From: a virus
Length of the DNA stretch: 64,000 nt
Direction: 5' to 3' (one strand)
Virus record (IMG/VR): IMGVR_UViG_3300042878_000903
Coordinates: 1 to 64,000 of that record
How positions within the stretch are numbered: position 1 is the first letter of the stretch; each line of letters opens with the position of its first letter. Below are positions 8,365-18,070 of this stretch, one piece after another. The notes beneath the pieces are model-generated. The model had not been told where the DNA came from. It worked only from the letters and a program-made list of their open reading frames with translations, and ran no database searches. A program made the position numbers and the translations under genes.

Positions 8365-8902
8365 TATTTTTGCTTAAAAGCATATCTACAATATTATTCA
8401 AATCTAATACGCTATAGTCATTATCAATTATGTGATCAAAGCCGTATTCATCTAAGTCAATTTCTGATGAATGATTTGTTACTGGACCGATTCCATGTCT
8501 ATTAATTCTCCACACCTGTCCGCCAGATTTTTTAATAGCGTCTGCTTCATTTTTAAAACGAACATCACTAATAACGGCTTTATCTACATCAATTTTATTC
8601 AATGCAAGATCTACCCAAAAATTTGCTCCAAACATATCCCTTCCGACTTCTGTTCCAAACACTTGAAGCAATCTACGTATTTCAGGATAAGACTCTTTTG
8701 CTTTGTCTAATCCGTATGTGTCTACTAAATTTTTGTATTTGAAAGGGCCTATGCCGTCTGAGCCAACAATTGGATTTAATATATACATTGCTTCTTTCAT
8801 AGGTGCAGCAAAAGAATAGCGAACAAATCCGTGATTGTTAACTAAGCGGTCAGCAGCAGTATCTTTGCCAGACCTAGCATAACCAGATAAACCAATTATC
8901 AT
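8357..8902 (-). CDS. deoxynucleoside monophosphate kinase
   Basis: IGLSGYARSGKDT; FA.PMK; R.LLQ.FGTE.GR; ISDVRFxNE; HSSE. Confidence 0.9.
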   Translation of the reverse strand: MIIGLSGYARSGKDTAADRLVNNHGFVRYSFAAPMKEAMYILNPIVGSDGIGPFKYKNLVDTYGLDKAKESYPEIRRLLQVFGTEVGRDMFGANFWVDLALNKIDVDKAVISDVRFKNEADAIKKSGGQVWRINRHGIGPVTNHSSEIDLDEYGFDHIIDNDYSVLDLNNIVDMLLSKNND

Positions 8903-9456
8903 TTACTACTACCTTTTTCTTTAAAAACAAACTTTTGAATAACTATTCTTTCTCCACTAATATAATTTAAAACCTCGTGATTTGACTCAGACGGAAAAAT
9001 AATTAGGTCTCCGCTTTTTGGCTCTAAAAGAAAGTTAGAATCTGGAAATTCTAAATTTCCGCCTTCACATTCATGAGACAAATAAAATATAGCTGTTAAA
9101 AATGGTTGCTCAAATTCTGTACCAGTTAATGATACATCTGCTATATGATCATTGTGTAGTGGCATTCCTCTTTCTGGAACAGTCCAGCCAATTAGAATCC
9201 AATCTGAAAACCCATATTTTTCTTCAGGGTCTAATCCATACTCTTTAACATATTCTTCTAGGCACGGCGCAAAGTCTTCATCTAATTTATTGTTAGATGG
9301 CATAGTTTTGTCCATTACCATCCTATAACCAGTGTGATGCTCAATTAACAAATCTTTTCTTTTATTATATTCGCCAAGTATATCTTCTTTTAATTTAGGC
9401 AAATCTTTAGAAACATTTCCCCACACCATTATTCTATCAGAACGATTAGATATCAT
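8899..9456 (-). CDS. 2OG-Fe(II) oxygenase
   Basis: HND, EGGNL.F, HEV...GER. Confidence 0.8.
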   Translation of the reverse strand: MISNRSDRIMVWGNVSKDLPKLKEDILGEYNKRKDLLIEHHTGYRMVMDKTMPSNNKLDEDFAPCLEEYVKEYGLDPEEKYGFSDWILIGWTVPERGMPLHNDHIADVSLTGTEFEQPFLTAIFYLSHECEGGNLEFPDSNFLLEPKSGDLIIFPSESNHEVLNYISGERIVIQKFVFKEKGSSK

Positions 9457-9923
9457 TTTTTAATTCCGTCCCATGTTCCTATTTTAGTTGTTTCTATTCC
9501 ATTTTCTTCCCATAATTCAATTATACTTGGATTATCATCTACTGCATGCTTTATATCCCAGTATACTTTTACATGCTCAAGGATATCTTTTTTTACTGCG
9601 TAGTCTTCTCTGTAGTCCTCGTTTTGCCTCATAAATAAAGCATCGTGAATAACATTATTGTTTTTAAGCCATCTAGAAGTTAGGTTACGATATTTTTCTT
9701 TTCTAGCAGTAACTATAATAATATCAAAATCATTACGTGCTTTTATTGCCATATCGACTACATCTTTATGTGGCTCACAATATATAGACTCTTTATGAAA
9801 ATCATCATAGTTTTGTTTAAAAGAATCACTTGACCTATCTTGGTTTAATAATATGTTTAATATTGGATCTACATTTACAAGTGTCCCATCAACATCAAAT
9901 ATCCAGGCTGGTCTTTTAAGCAT
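9453..9923 (-). CDS. HAD phosphatase (polynucleotide 3'-phosphatase, PNKP C-domain-like)
   Basis: FDVDGTL, VTAR, LFMR, DD motifs. Confidence 0.85.
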   Translation of the reverse strand: MLKRPAWIFDVDGTLVNVDPILNILLNQDRSSDSFKQNYDDFHKESIYCEPHKDVVDMAIKARNDFDIIIVTARKEKYRNLTSRWLKNNNVIHDALFMRQNEDYREDYAVKKDILEHVKVYWDIKHAVDDNPSIIELWEENGIETTKIGTWDGIKK

Positions 9924-9966
9924 AAATATATTATCTCATTTCTGGTAAGTTTAGTCAATAGGTGTG

Positions 9967-9993
9967 GGGCAGTTTATAGTCATGCCTAGGACC
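9967..9993 (-). ncRNA. candidate H-type pseudoknot element (copy 1)
   Basis: GGTC-CTAGGCAT-GACT-ATAAAC-TGCC; related to 30648-30678. Confidence 0.45.
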
Positions 9994-10009
9994 TATTGCA
10001 GCTACAAAG

Positions 10010-10126
10010 TTATTTAATCTTTGATTTTATCTTACTGTTAGCCTTTTTAAATCCTAGGCCATATGACCCTAGCATTAATAGAGCAATTGCTGAGGAATGC
10101 AATAAATAAAATAAGGATGTTCTCAC
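10010..10126 (-). CDS. 38-aa membrane peptide (GTG start, not in ORF track)
   Basis: Overlaps katG stop; hydrophobic stretch then Lys-rich tail. Confidence 0.45.
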   Translation of the reverse strand: MRTSLFYLLHSSAIALLMLGSYGLGFKKANSKIKSKIK

Positions 10127-12186
10127 TTTTTCCCTTTCTTTATATCAAATCTATCAAGTTCCATTACTTTTGACCACGCATTAGCAAAGTCTAGGAAGAA
10201 CTTCTCTCTAGCATCATTTGAGGCATATACTTCTGCAATTGCACGTAGCTCTGAGTTAGACGCAATGATAAGATCAACACGAGGAACGTTAATTGCCTCA
10301 CTAGCATTAGTGTAAGAAAGCAACTCGGATAGATAGGTGTTGTCTAAGTTATTGTTGTTTAGCATTCTAATTCCAGATAGTAATAACACAAGTTCTACTG
10401 GATTTAAATCTAATAAGTTAGCCTTTTCTACCAGCAATACTTCTTCTGGAGCAGTAACGGCCCAATTAATGTAGTTGCGGAAGCCATCAAACTTTGGCTC
10501 AAGAACTAAAAACGAATCAATGTCTGTTTGATTTTGTGTTGCATCTGTTCTACCTTGTGTAAATGGAACAGATACTTTAATCCCTGACTGTTCTGCTGAC
10601 TTTTCAATAGCAGCGCATCCACCAAGCACAATAAGGTCTGCAATTGACATTTCTGTTTTAATAGATTCTAAAACACTAAGAACCTTACTAATAGTGGCAG
10701 TATCATTTACATCCCAGGATATCTGTGGATGTAGTCTGATTCTTGCCCCATTTGCTCCGCCCCTCTTATCTGTTTTCCTAAAAGTAGAAGCAGAAGCCCA
10801 TGCGGTAATGACTAAATCTGAAATAGATAATTCTGAATCTAATATTTGCTTCTTTATCTTTTTAATATTTTTATCAGAAATCTTTTTGTTTTTTGTTAGC
10901 GGCACTGGATCTTGCCATATTAATATTTCTGAAGGCACTTCTTTACCAAGATACCTTGAAACTGGACCCATATCTCTATGAGTTAGCTTAAACCATGCAC
11001 GAGCAAATACGTCTGAGAAATATTCGAAGTCTTTTAAAAATTTCATTGAAATTTTGTTATACTCTGGATCAAATTTTAATGCTAGGTCTGCTGTAGTCAT
11101 CATTGGTGCATGAAATTTGCCATCTACATGTGCGTCTGGCACTAAATTAACAGCAGATTTATCTGTAGGAATCCATTGTGTAGCTCCAGCAGGACTTTTT
11201 GTTTGCTTCCAGTCATATGTAAACAATAACTCAAGATACGAGTTATCCCATTTAGTTGGTGTTGGGCTCCATGCGCCCTCTATACCACTTGTAATTGTAT
11301 CTTCTGCATTACCTTTGCCAAAAGAGTTCTTCCAACCAAGACCAAGCTCTTCAATTGGAGCTTCTTCTGGATTTGGGCCAACGTGTGAGGGATCTCCAGC
11401 ACCATGGGCTTTACCAAATGCGTGTCCTCCTGCAATTAATGCAACAGTCTCTTCGTCATTCATTGCCATACGAGCAAAAGTTTCACGGATATCTTTTGCA
11501 GAAAGAATTGGATCTGGATTACCATTTGGGCCTTCAGGATTTACATAAATTAATCCCATCTGAACTGCAGCTAATGGGTTTTCTAATTCACGATCACTGC
11601 TATATCTATTATCTGCTAGCCATTCTTTTTCGTTACCCCAATATGTATCATCTGATTCCCAAACATCTTCACGTCCGCCACCAAAACCGAATGTCTTAAA
11701 GCCCATGTTTTCAAGAGAAACGTTGCCTGCAAGAATCATTAGGTCTGCCCATGAAATCTTTTTGCCATACTTTTGTTTAATTGGCCATAATAAACGACGT
11801 GCTTTATCTAGATTACCATTATCTGGCCATGAGTTTTGTGGTGCAAATCTATGTAAACCTTCTCCAGAGCCGCCACGTCCATCTGCTGTTCTATATGTGC
11901 CTGCTGAGTGCCAAGCCATGCGAATAAAAAATGGTCCATAGTTACCATAATCTGCTGGCCACCATTCCTGCGATGTAGTTAAAAGATTATTAATGTCATT
12001 CTTAACAGCATCTAAATCTAGGCTTTCAAACTCTTTTGCATAATCAAAATCTTTTGTCATTGGGTCAGATTTTTCTGAATGTTTTCTTAATCCAGATAAA
12101 TCTAATCTATTAGGGAACCATTCTTTGTGCGTTTTTACTTCTGTACTTGTTGAATGCCCAGTTATTGGACACTTTGCTTCTGTCAT
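10123..12186 (-). CDS. katG: catalase-peroxidase
   Basis: RMAWHSAG distal motif, [14 protein letters not shown] (Met-Tyr-Trp adduct residues), GGHAFGK proximal His. Confidence 0.97.
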   Translation of the reverse strand: MTEAKCPITGHSTSTEVKTHKEWFPNRLDLSGLRKHSEKSDPMTKDFDYAKEFESLDLDAVKNDINNLLTTSQEWWPADYGNYGPFFIRMAWHSAGTYRTADGRGGSGEGLHRFAPQNSWPDNGNLDKARRLLWPIKQKYGKKISWADLMILAGNVSLENMGFKTFGFGGGREDVWESDDTYWGNEKEWLADNRYSSDRELENPLAAVQMGLIYVNPEGPNGNPDPILSAKDIRETFARMAMNDEETVALIAGGHAFGKAHGAGDPSHVGPNPEEAPIEELGLGWKNSFGKGNAEDTITSGIEGAWSPTPTKWDNSYLELLFTYDWKQTKSPAGATQWIPTDKSAVNLVPDAHVDGKFHAPMMTTADLALKFDPEYNKISMKFLKDFEYFSDVFARAWFKLTHRDMGPVSRYLGKEVPSEILIWQDPVPLTKNKKISDKNIKKIKKQILDSELSISDLVITAWASASTFRKTDKRGGANGARIRLHPQISWDVNDTATISKVLSVLESIKTEMSIADLIVLGGCAAIEKSAEQSGIKVSVPFTQGRTDATQNQTDIDSFLVLEPKFDGFRNYINWAVTAPEEVLLVEKANLLDLNPVELVLLLSGIRMLNNNNLDNTYLSELLSYTNASEAINVPRVDLIIASNSELRAIAEVYASNDAREKFFLDFANAWSKVMELDRFDIKKGKK

Positions 12187-12221
12187 TTATTTTATTCCTT
12201 TGTCTAGGGTAAACCTTTTTG

Positions 12222-12294
12222 CTGCCTCACCTGGCCTCGATCCAGGGACACCCGCATTAACAGTGCGGTGCTCTACCAACTGAGCTATGAAGCA
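12222..12294 (-). tRNA. tRNA-Asn(GTT), no encoded CCA
   Basis: Cloverleaf; anticodon arm CCGCA-CTGTTAA-TGCGG; T-loop ATCGAGG. Confidence 0.88.
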
Positions 12295-12330
12295 TAGCTA
12301 ATAGTAGTATAGTATTTTTGTGCAATAAAG

Positions 12331-12549
12331 TCAAGGGGTATACCTGTTTTTTAGTCTTACCCATTTGCCATATGTATTTGGCTCTTTGCTGCCTATGTAC
12401 TCTTGTCCAGTTTCTAAGTCAATTAATAGCCATTTCCCAGGAGCTTTAGTATGAATAGTTAAATCTGTTGCTTCATCATATTCGGGGACTTCAACGCCCT
12501 GATACATTCTAGGCAAAAATGTGTATACGTTATTTAATAATTTTCTCAT
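12331..12549 (-). CDS. hypothetical protein
   Basis: ORF track. Confidence 0.65.
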   Translation of the reverse strand: MRKLLNNVYTFLPRMYQGVEVPEYDEATDLTIHTKAPGKWLLIDLETGQEYIGSKEPNTYGKWVRLKNRYTP

Positions 12550-12580
12550 TTAATATTTTTCTAGCAGTTTTCTATCTGCT

Positions 12581-13630
12581 TTATGATTCCAATGCATATT
12601 TAATATCATTCCATAAATCTTCTGGGTCTTCGCAGCCAACTGAAAATCTAATTAAACTTTCTGAAATTAATTTACTTTCAAGAGGCCACCTTCTTCTTCT
12701 TTCCCACAAGGACTCTACGCTTCCAAGACTTGTTGCATTAGATATAATTCTAGAAGATGAGCATATTCTGTCTGCGCCTTCTGAATCAGTATTTACCTCA
12801 AATGATATCATGGCGCCAAATCCAGGATAATAAATTTTAGAAACCATTGGATGATCTGAAATTCTTTTTATTAATTTCTTTGCATTATCTTGGGCTTTTT
12901 CAAACCTTACTGGGAATGTTCTTATTCCTCTTAAAGCTAAATAGGCATCAAATGATTGAATTATAGTTCCACTTATTTTTCTTGAAAATTCTATTTTGTC
13001 AAACAAATCAGTGTTATTGATTGATATTGATCCACATAAAACGTCGCTGTGTCCAGCCAAATATTTAGTCACAGAATTCATGGAAATATCTGCACCCATT
13101 TTAAGGGGGTTTTGAAGTAGTGGTGTAGCAAATGTATTATCTACGCCCACTATAGTGTCCTGAGCCTTGCAGGCCCTTATTAGAGTACTTATGTCAGCCA
13201 CGTCTAGTCTGGGATTTGTAGGGCTTTCTATCCAAAGCATGTACGCTCCATCTAATTCTGATAAAACTTCAGCCGTATTCGATATATCTACAAACTTTGC
13301 AATTAATTTGCCTTGATCTTGCATTTGATTTAAGGTTGCATTTACTCCAGCGTATCCTTGGTTAGATGCAATTATTTTTGATCCCAGCGGAATATTATCA
13401 AAGACTGCTTTTATGGCAGACATTCCAGAATTAAATACTAAAGTTTTGCCGCCTTCTAATTTTCCTATTACTTCTTCTAATGAAGATGCTGTATCATTTC
13501 CATACCTTGCATACCCTACATCTCCGCCAGCATGATATGTAGAATTTAATGATATTGGAGTATTAATCGGGCCATCGTTGTCTGGCTTTGGTCTTCCGCT
13601 TAAAACTGAAATTGTGTATGGGCTTGTCAT
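12581..13630 (-). CDS. metB: PLP-dependent transsulfuration enzyme (cystathionine gamma-synthase/lyase family)
   Basis: YARYGN, SGMSAI, ESPTNP, DNTFATP, SVTKYLAGH, SLGSVESL. Confidence 0.9.
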   Translation of the reverse strand: MTSPYTISVLSGRPKPDNDGPINTPISLNSTYHAGGDVGYARYGNDTASSLEEVIGKLEGGKTLVFNSGMSAIKAVFDNIPLGSKIIASNQGYAGVNATLNQMQDQGKLIAKFVDISNTAEVLSELDGAYMLWIESPTNPRLDVADISTLIRACKAQDTIVGVDNTFATPLLQNPLKMGADISMNSVTKYLAGHSDVLCGSISINNTDLFDKIEFSRKISGTIIQSFDAYLALRGIRTFPVRFEKAQDNAKKLIKRISDHPMVSKIYYPGFGAMISFEVNTDSEGADRICSSSRIISNATSLGSVESLWERRRRWPLESKLISESLIRFSVGCEDPEDLWNDIKYALES

Positions 13631-13645
13631 ATTAAATCCTAGTAG

Positions 13646-13735
13646 TTAAATAAAAGGTAGATCTAAAATTTTATCTACCGCATCATCAATTGTAGGGGCA
13701 TGTTCTTTGGAGCATGCCCCACAACTTTTACACAT
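13646..13735 (-). CDS. 29-aa peptide MCKSCGAC... (not in ORF track)
   Basis: TAATG-coupled to upstream ORF. Confidence 0.6.
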   Translation of the reverse strand: MCKSCGACSKEHAPTIDDAVDKILDLPFI

Positions 13736-13935
13736 TATATCTTTTTTCTACCAGTCCTTTTAGGAGGCCTTGGCGTTGTATTTAGCTCACGACGTATACC
13801 ATGTCTATTTATGTCTGTTTTAAGACCTTGACGTGGATTCTTGCGTGTTACTGAATTACTAGTAACGGCACCTGCTGCTGCACCATTTGGTGGTGGAGTT
13901 GTTCCTGTGCCATCTTCTTTTTGAAAATTACTCAT
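13735..13935 (-). CDS. basic low-complexity peptide
   Basis: ORF track; overlaps neighbours on both sides. Confidence 0.65.
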   Translation of the reverse strand: MSNFQKEDGTGTTPPPNGAAAGAVTSNSVTRKNPRQGLKTDINRHGIRRELNTTPRPPKRTGRKKI

Positions 13936-14077
13936 TGATGAATTGTCTTGTTTGCTCTGGGGTTGATGACATGCTTAAAGTTAAGCCTGAATCACCATCT
14001 CTTGAAACATCTACAACTGTAACTGGAGTTACACCTTTAGTGCTTCCTACTGACTCGCATCCGCATTCGTAACACAT
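13928..14077 (-). CDS. 49-aa peptide MCYECGC... (not in ORF track)
   Basis: TAATG-coupled. Confidence 0.65.
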   Translation of the reverse strand: MCYECGCESVGSTKGVTPVTVVDVSRDGDSGLTLSMSSTPEQTRQFINE

Positions 14078-14256
14078 TATTTGCAATTCTCACAATCTTT
14101 AACATCACAATCGGCTTCGCCTCTTGTGTCTCTTGTGCACTTAGCAGCAGATACGACTGGCTTTGGTGCAATAGCTGCTTCTACAGGTTTAACTGCTTGT
14201 GCAACCGCTGCTTCAACTGTTGGAGCAGTAACTTCTTCTTGATCAAATAGACCCAT
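14077..14256 (-). CDS. 59-aa Ala-rich peptide with C-terminal 4-Cys cluster (not in ORF track)
   Basis: MGLFDQEEV...KCTRDTRGEADCDVKDCENCK. Confidence 0.65.
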   Translation of the reverse strand: MGLFDQEEVTAPTVEAAVAQAVKPVEAAIAPKPVVSAAKCTRDTRGEADCDVKDCENCK

Positions 14257-14258
14257 TT

Positions 14259-14408
14259 TTACTTTGGGCCCTGTGCTGATGCTTGGTTAGAAACATCTGA
14301 AGCTGGGAATGCAGCTGCTGGTGCCTCTGTGTAATTTTCTGTTGCCCATGGTGATGATCCTACTGGCTTTGTTTCGTTAAATCCTTTTAAATCTTTTCCG
14401 TCTGACAT
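14259..14408 (-). CDS. 49-aa peptide MSDGKDLKGFNETKP... (not in ORF track)
   Basis: TAGGAG RBS; TGGTATAAT promoter at 14465-14473. Confidence 0.7.
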   Translation of the reverse strand: MSDGKDLKGFNETKPVGSSPWATENYTEAPAAAFPASDVSNQASAQGPK

Positions 14409-14454
14409 GTTGTACTCCTATAGGTTATTTATTTAAGTAGTTCTAGAAATCTAC

Positions 14455-14553
14455 TCATTGGTCTATTATACCATCTGGTTGATTAGAATCGGAATCTTCA
14501 TCCCTTTTATTACCTAGGCCTATATGATCTGCACATCCACATAACCAACACAT
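14455..14553 (-). CDS. 32-aa peptide MCWLCGC... (not in ORF track)
   Basis: ATG overlaps the radical SAM stop codon (TAATG). Confidence 0.6.
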   Translation of the reverse strand: MCWLCGCADHIGLGNKRDEDSDSNQPDGIIDQ

Positions 14554-15554
14554 TAGTCGCCCCAAATGGCCGCAGAGCAGCTTCTACACATATTAGAGTA
14601 GCTATTTTCAACCATGTCAGACCTATTTTTGCTATGCCATATTTCTTTTATTGAAGTATTAAATGCATTTCCATATACCGTTTCAAAATCATAATCAGCG
14701 CAGCATATAAATAGATCTCCATTGGGGTTTATATGTATCCACTCATTAGTTCTACTTCTTACCTCTATGCCACCAGAGCAGCCTATAACACGACTACCCT
14801 TTGGCATTAAATATTTTTCTATAGCTGGACCTTGAGTCATTATTTTATATGTTTCTAAATGCGCTGCCCTATCATATAAATGATTAGCTGTACTTATGCT
14901 CAGGCTAGGGAACATTTCTTTAAATCGGTCATGCTCTTTTTTTAAATCTCCTGTTTGAACATCTAAATCTAATTTTGGTGCATTTTCAAGAAGATCTAGC
15001 CAGCCACCATTTTTAGTTAAAGATAAATCGTTAATGCCATTAATCATCAAATGAATAAAGATTGGCTTATCTAACTTATTGTTTTCTTCTATAAAATACT
15101 TTACATTTTCTATAACTTTTGGAAATAGTTTTACATTCATTTTAACGTATTTAGACCAGGTATCGGCTTCAGATGATGGAATGTTTAATAATATTCCATC
15201 AATAGAATCCCTGTGCTTTATTAAAATCTCTGTTTTAGATTTAGTTAAATTAACTCCATTAGTGAGTATATTTGTTCTAAAATTATATTTTGAATATAGA
15301 TCCATCATGGCATCAAATTCTTTATATAAAAGAACTTCGTTGTAATTAGCTGAATATACCATTTTTAATTCTGGATCTACAAAATCACCTTTGCCATCAG
15401 TTAATTGAATAAATATATTTTCTATTTCTGACAGAGGCATATCTCTTATTGCAGATTTTGGATTACCTGCATATGCAACTGGACAAAACCAGCATGCTGA
15501 ATTACACAGCCCGTTAACATCGAGCTGCACTGCCTTTATCATGTATTTATTCAT
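14553..15554 (-). CDS. radical SAM protein with SPASM/twitch domain
   Basis: CNSACWFC; TNG; C...INPNGDLFICC...GN....IKEIW...CRSC. Confidence 0.9.
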   Translation of the reverse strand: MNKYMIKAVQLDVNGLCNSACWFCPVAYAGNPKSAIRDMPLSEIENIFIQLTDGKGDFVDPELKMVYSANYNEVLLYKEFDAMMDLYSKYNFRTNILTNGVNLTKSKTEILIKHRDSIDGILLNIPSSEADTWSKYVKMNVKLFPKVIENVKYFIEENNKLDKPIFIHLMINGINDLSLTKNGGWLDLLENAPKLDLDVQTGDLKKEHDRFKEMFPSLSISTANHLYDRAAHLETYKIMTQGPAIEKYLMPKGSRVIGCSGGIEVRSRTNEWIHINPNGDLFICCADYDFETVYGNAFNTSIKEIWHSKNRSDMVENSYSNMCRSCSAAIWGD

Positions 15555-15676
15555 TACACCTTATACAATTCTTGATAACAATCTGCACACATATCTATTA
15601 TGCCAGACTCAGGTAAACTTCCTATTCTGGATGCCTTACCCTTACAATCTTTTATTTCACATAGCCCATTAAGCAT
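15554..15676 (-). CDS. 40-aa Cx4C...CxxC peptide (not in ORF track)
   Basis: MLNGLCEIKDC...MCADCY; TAATG-coupled to radical SAM gene. Confidence 0.6.
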   Translation of the reverse strand: MLNGLCEIKDCKGKASRIGSLPESGIIDMCADCYQELYKV

Positions 15677-15679
15677 ATA

Positions 15680-15898
15680 TTATTTTAATTTACTCCCAAA
15701 CTTGGCCCATGCTCTTTCATGAATGAAGTATCCCACTATTTCACATGCAGTGTACACAATTGCAAATGCTCCAGCATACTCCCAGTGGGCTTCTCCAGTT
15801 ATAATTTTTTCAAAAGAATACACCATCGTGCTAACAAATCCAATATGGACGGCTGGCCATGTAATTGATTTGTATAAACTTCTTTTATTTGATTCCAT
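15680..15898 (-). CDS. DUF2061-like small membrane protein
   Basis: ES.KRSL.K.ITW ... YFIHERAW. Confidence 0.75.
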   Translation of the reverse strand: MESNKRSLYKSITWPAVHIGFVSTMVYSFEKIITGEAHWEYAGAFAIVYTACEIVGYFIHERAWAKFGSKLK

Positions 15899-16682
15899 TT
15901 TGTTCTCCTATCATTTCTTTTATTAAATAATGTATTGATGAGACATTACTATCCTCTGGATGAGGACTAACTAATAAATCAGTTGCTCCTAATTTCTTTA
16001 AATCAATCAACTGTTTTTTAACACTATCTTTATTCCCGTATATTGTCCATCTATCAGAACCTAGACTTCTGGACATCATATCCTTTATTTCTGATTCTGA
16101 TTCATTTATAATGATACTAAATGAAAGCATTTGTTTTTTATTTTTAATAAAATTTGGATCCTCATAAGATTGCTTATGCATGTTTAGCATTGCAAGGTGT
16201 GTAGCATTATACTTTTCGGCCATTAGCCTTGTTTCGTTGGAATGCCCGCCCATAACTATTTCTGATACTGTATTGCCAGCTAGAGTATTAAATTTTAAAA
16301 TCCATTCATCTGTATATTTTAATCTTTTTTCTGGAGTATTTAGATCTTTACCAAACCAGATTATGTCTTCTACCGAAGTCTCTTCTTCGTGCAAATCTCC
16401 AGATACAATGTTAAGCATAAGTCTGTCTGGGGATATATTATAAAAAGCTTTGCATATCATTGCACAATATTCTGGGCTAATGGCGTATGTTCTAATTGCA
16501 GGCATGTACTTAAATTTATGGCCTTTATCTAAGACTCTAGCGGCTTTAATCCAATTATCATCAATTTTTGAATGATACACAAGAAGAATGGACTCGTACC
16601 CAAACTCATCAACTATATTGGAAATTGTATTGAGATGGTCAATGCTAGTATCTCCGCCTCTTTCCATCCAATGAAATCTCAT
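15885..16682 (-). CDS. luciferase-like (LLM) flavin monooxygenase, leaderless
   Basis: GYESILL, AIR...ISP, RLMLNIVSG as in the SsuD/LLM family. Confidence 0.75.
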   Translation of the reverse strand: MRFHWMERGGDTSIDHLNTISNIVDEFGYESILLVYHSKIDDNWIKAARVLDKGHKFKYMPAIRTYAISPEYCAMICKAFYNISPDRLMLNIVSGDLHEEETSVEDIIWFGKDLNTPEKRLKYTDEWILKFNTLAGNTVSEIVMGGHSNETRLMAEKYNATHLAMLNMHKQSYEDPNFIKNKKQMLSFSIIINESESEIKDMMSRSLGSDRWTIYGNKDSVKKQLIDLKKLGATDLLVSPHPEDSNVSSIHYLIKEMIGEQNGIK

Positions 16683-16708
16683 ATGTTAATTCTATCATTT
16701 AAATGATA

Positions 16709-16736
16709 AAGGGGCAAGGCCTAAGCCCTGCCCCTT
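16709..16736. terminator. bidirectional terminator hairpin
   Basis: AAGGGGCA..GC..GC..TGCCCCTT. Confidence 0.7.
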
Positions 16737-16748
16737 TAATTAAATTAA

Positions 16749-17771
16749 TTACTTAATCCAATTTACCTTTAGCTTAGGAAACTTTGCGTTCCACTTTTTA
16801 GCCAAAGCATTGAACTTTGTCTTTAGATCTGCAATAGTCTTCTTTAGGGCTTCGTTCTCTGCCTTTAAAGTTGCTGTTGCTGAATCTGATGAAGTCTTTG
16901 CATCTGCAAGTGCCTTATCTGATGCAATCTTATCTGCTGCACGAGCCGCTCTTTCTGCTGCCAACGCTGCGTTAACTACCGCAAGCTCTGATACAACATC
17001 ACGTACTACAATTGTAGCGCTTACAGAACCGATTGGTGCTGCTAAACCTGTTACGGCTGTTGCTACTGTTGCATATGCAACTACTGTTACTGAACCAGTA
17101 GCAGGCATTGTTACTGTCTGCTCTTTTGTTCCAAGTGTCGCTGTTGTTGAGTCAGTTGTTAGCGCTGTTGATAGTGCTGTTCCAGAGCTTGAAACTAAAG
17201 TATTAATTGTGGCTCCACTCTTTAGATTTCCGAATACATCGTATCCAGATACCTTAAGAACTTGTGATGTACCTGCTGCTGCTGATGCTGGAGCAGACAA
17301 AGTAATTGAGTTCAAAGCACCTGCGGTACCTTGTACATAATAAACTGTTGTTGTTCCTGCACGAGTAATAGATACTGAACCTACTGCTGTACTTTTAGTA
17401 TATACATAAAAGTCTGCTGCTGTTCCAGTTCCTGTCGCAATTGACAGTGTTGATGTTCCAGAAGATGCTGTTACTGCTGTCGCAGTAGTTGCAAGTGCTG
17501 GCACAAGAGTTGCATTTACTGCAACTGCTGTTACTACAGTTCCAGTGTCTACACCAGTAACTGCAATTTTCAACGCATCTGCTGCGTCGATGCTGTTATC
17601 TGCTGGCACTGGTAGTGATACAGGTGTTGTTACAACTGTTCCACCCGTTGCTGCAGATCCCGCCACTGTTAGTGTGACAGTTCCAGCGTTAGCGTTAGCT
17701 GCTGGCGTTACAAGCATTGTGCTAGTCAGGGCTGCAGCGATGATTAGCGATATTTTCTTAAATGAGTTCAT
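16749..17771 (-). CDS. secreted Ala/Thr-rich Ig-like surface protein with C-terminal coiled coil
   Basis: Signal peptide ending ANA; beta-rich A/T/V body; D.FGN motif; AAGGAG RBS. Confidence 0.7.
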   Translation of the reverse strand: MNSFKKISLIIAAALTSTMLVTPAANANAGTVTLTVAGSAATGGTVVTTPVSLPVPADNSIDAADALKIAVTGVDTGTVVTAVAVNATLVPALATTATAVTASSGTSTLSIATGTGTAADFYVYTKSTAVGSVSITRAGTTTVYYVQGTAGALNSITLSAPASAAAGTSQVLKVSGYDVFGNLKSGATINTLVSSSGTALSTALTTDSTTATLGTKEQTVTMPATGSVTVVAYATVATAVTGLAAPIGSVSATIVVRDVVSELAVVNAALAAERAARAADKIASDKALADAKTSSDSATATLKAENEALKKTIADLKTKFNALAKKWNAKFPKLKVNWIK

Positions 17772-17869
17772 TTAATTTATTCTCCTTATTTCCTCTGTAT
17801 TATTTAAATACAGAATTTTGTGACATGTTCACACTATGTAAGACGTTTTTCTTTATCAAATGTCGCTGT

Positions 17870-18070
17870 TTAGTGTAATTCATGTAGTTTTACGTGGAAT
17901 GAGCATGGATCTCCACCCTCTTCCCAATCAATCATTTCGGCATCTGATAATGGAGGGCCTTCGTGTGTATCGCAAAATACGTCCGATACCCATCCTCGAT
18001 CATAACCATTCTTCAGCCATATTTGAAACTCTAAATGGCTAGAATCTTCCGAATCAAACTCTAAATCCAT
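17870..18070 (-). CDS. hypothetical protein
   Basis: ORF track; CDTHEG...DPC. Confidence 0.65.
   Translation of the reverse strand: MDLEFDSEDSSHLEFQIWLKNGYDRGWVSDVFCDTHEGPPLSDAEMIDWEEGGDPCSFHVKLHELH

Noticed and set aside
10694-11941. Several + strand ORFs inside katG (likewise inside dnaE, tail and other - strand genes)
   Set aside because: Antisense shadows of well-supported genes
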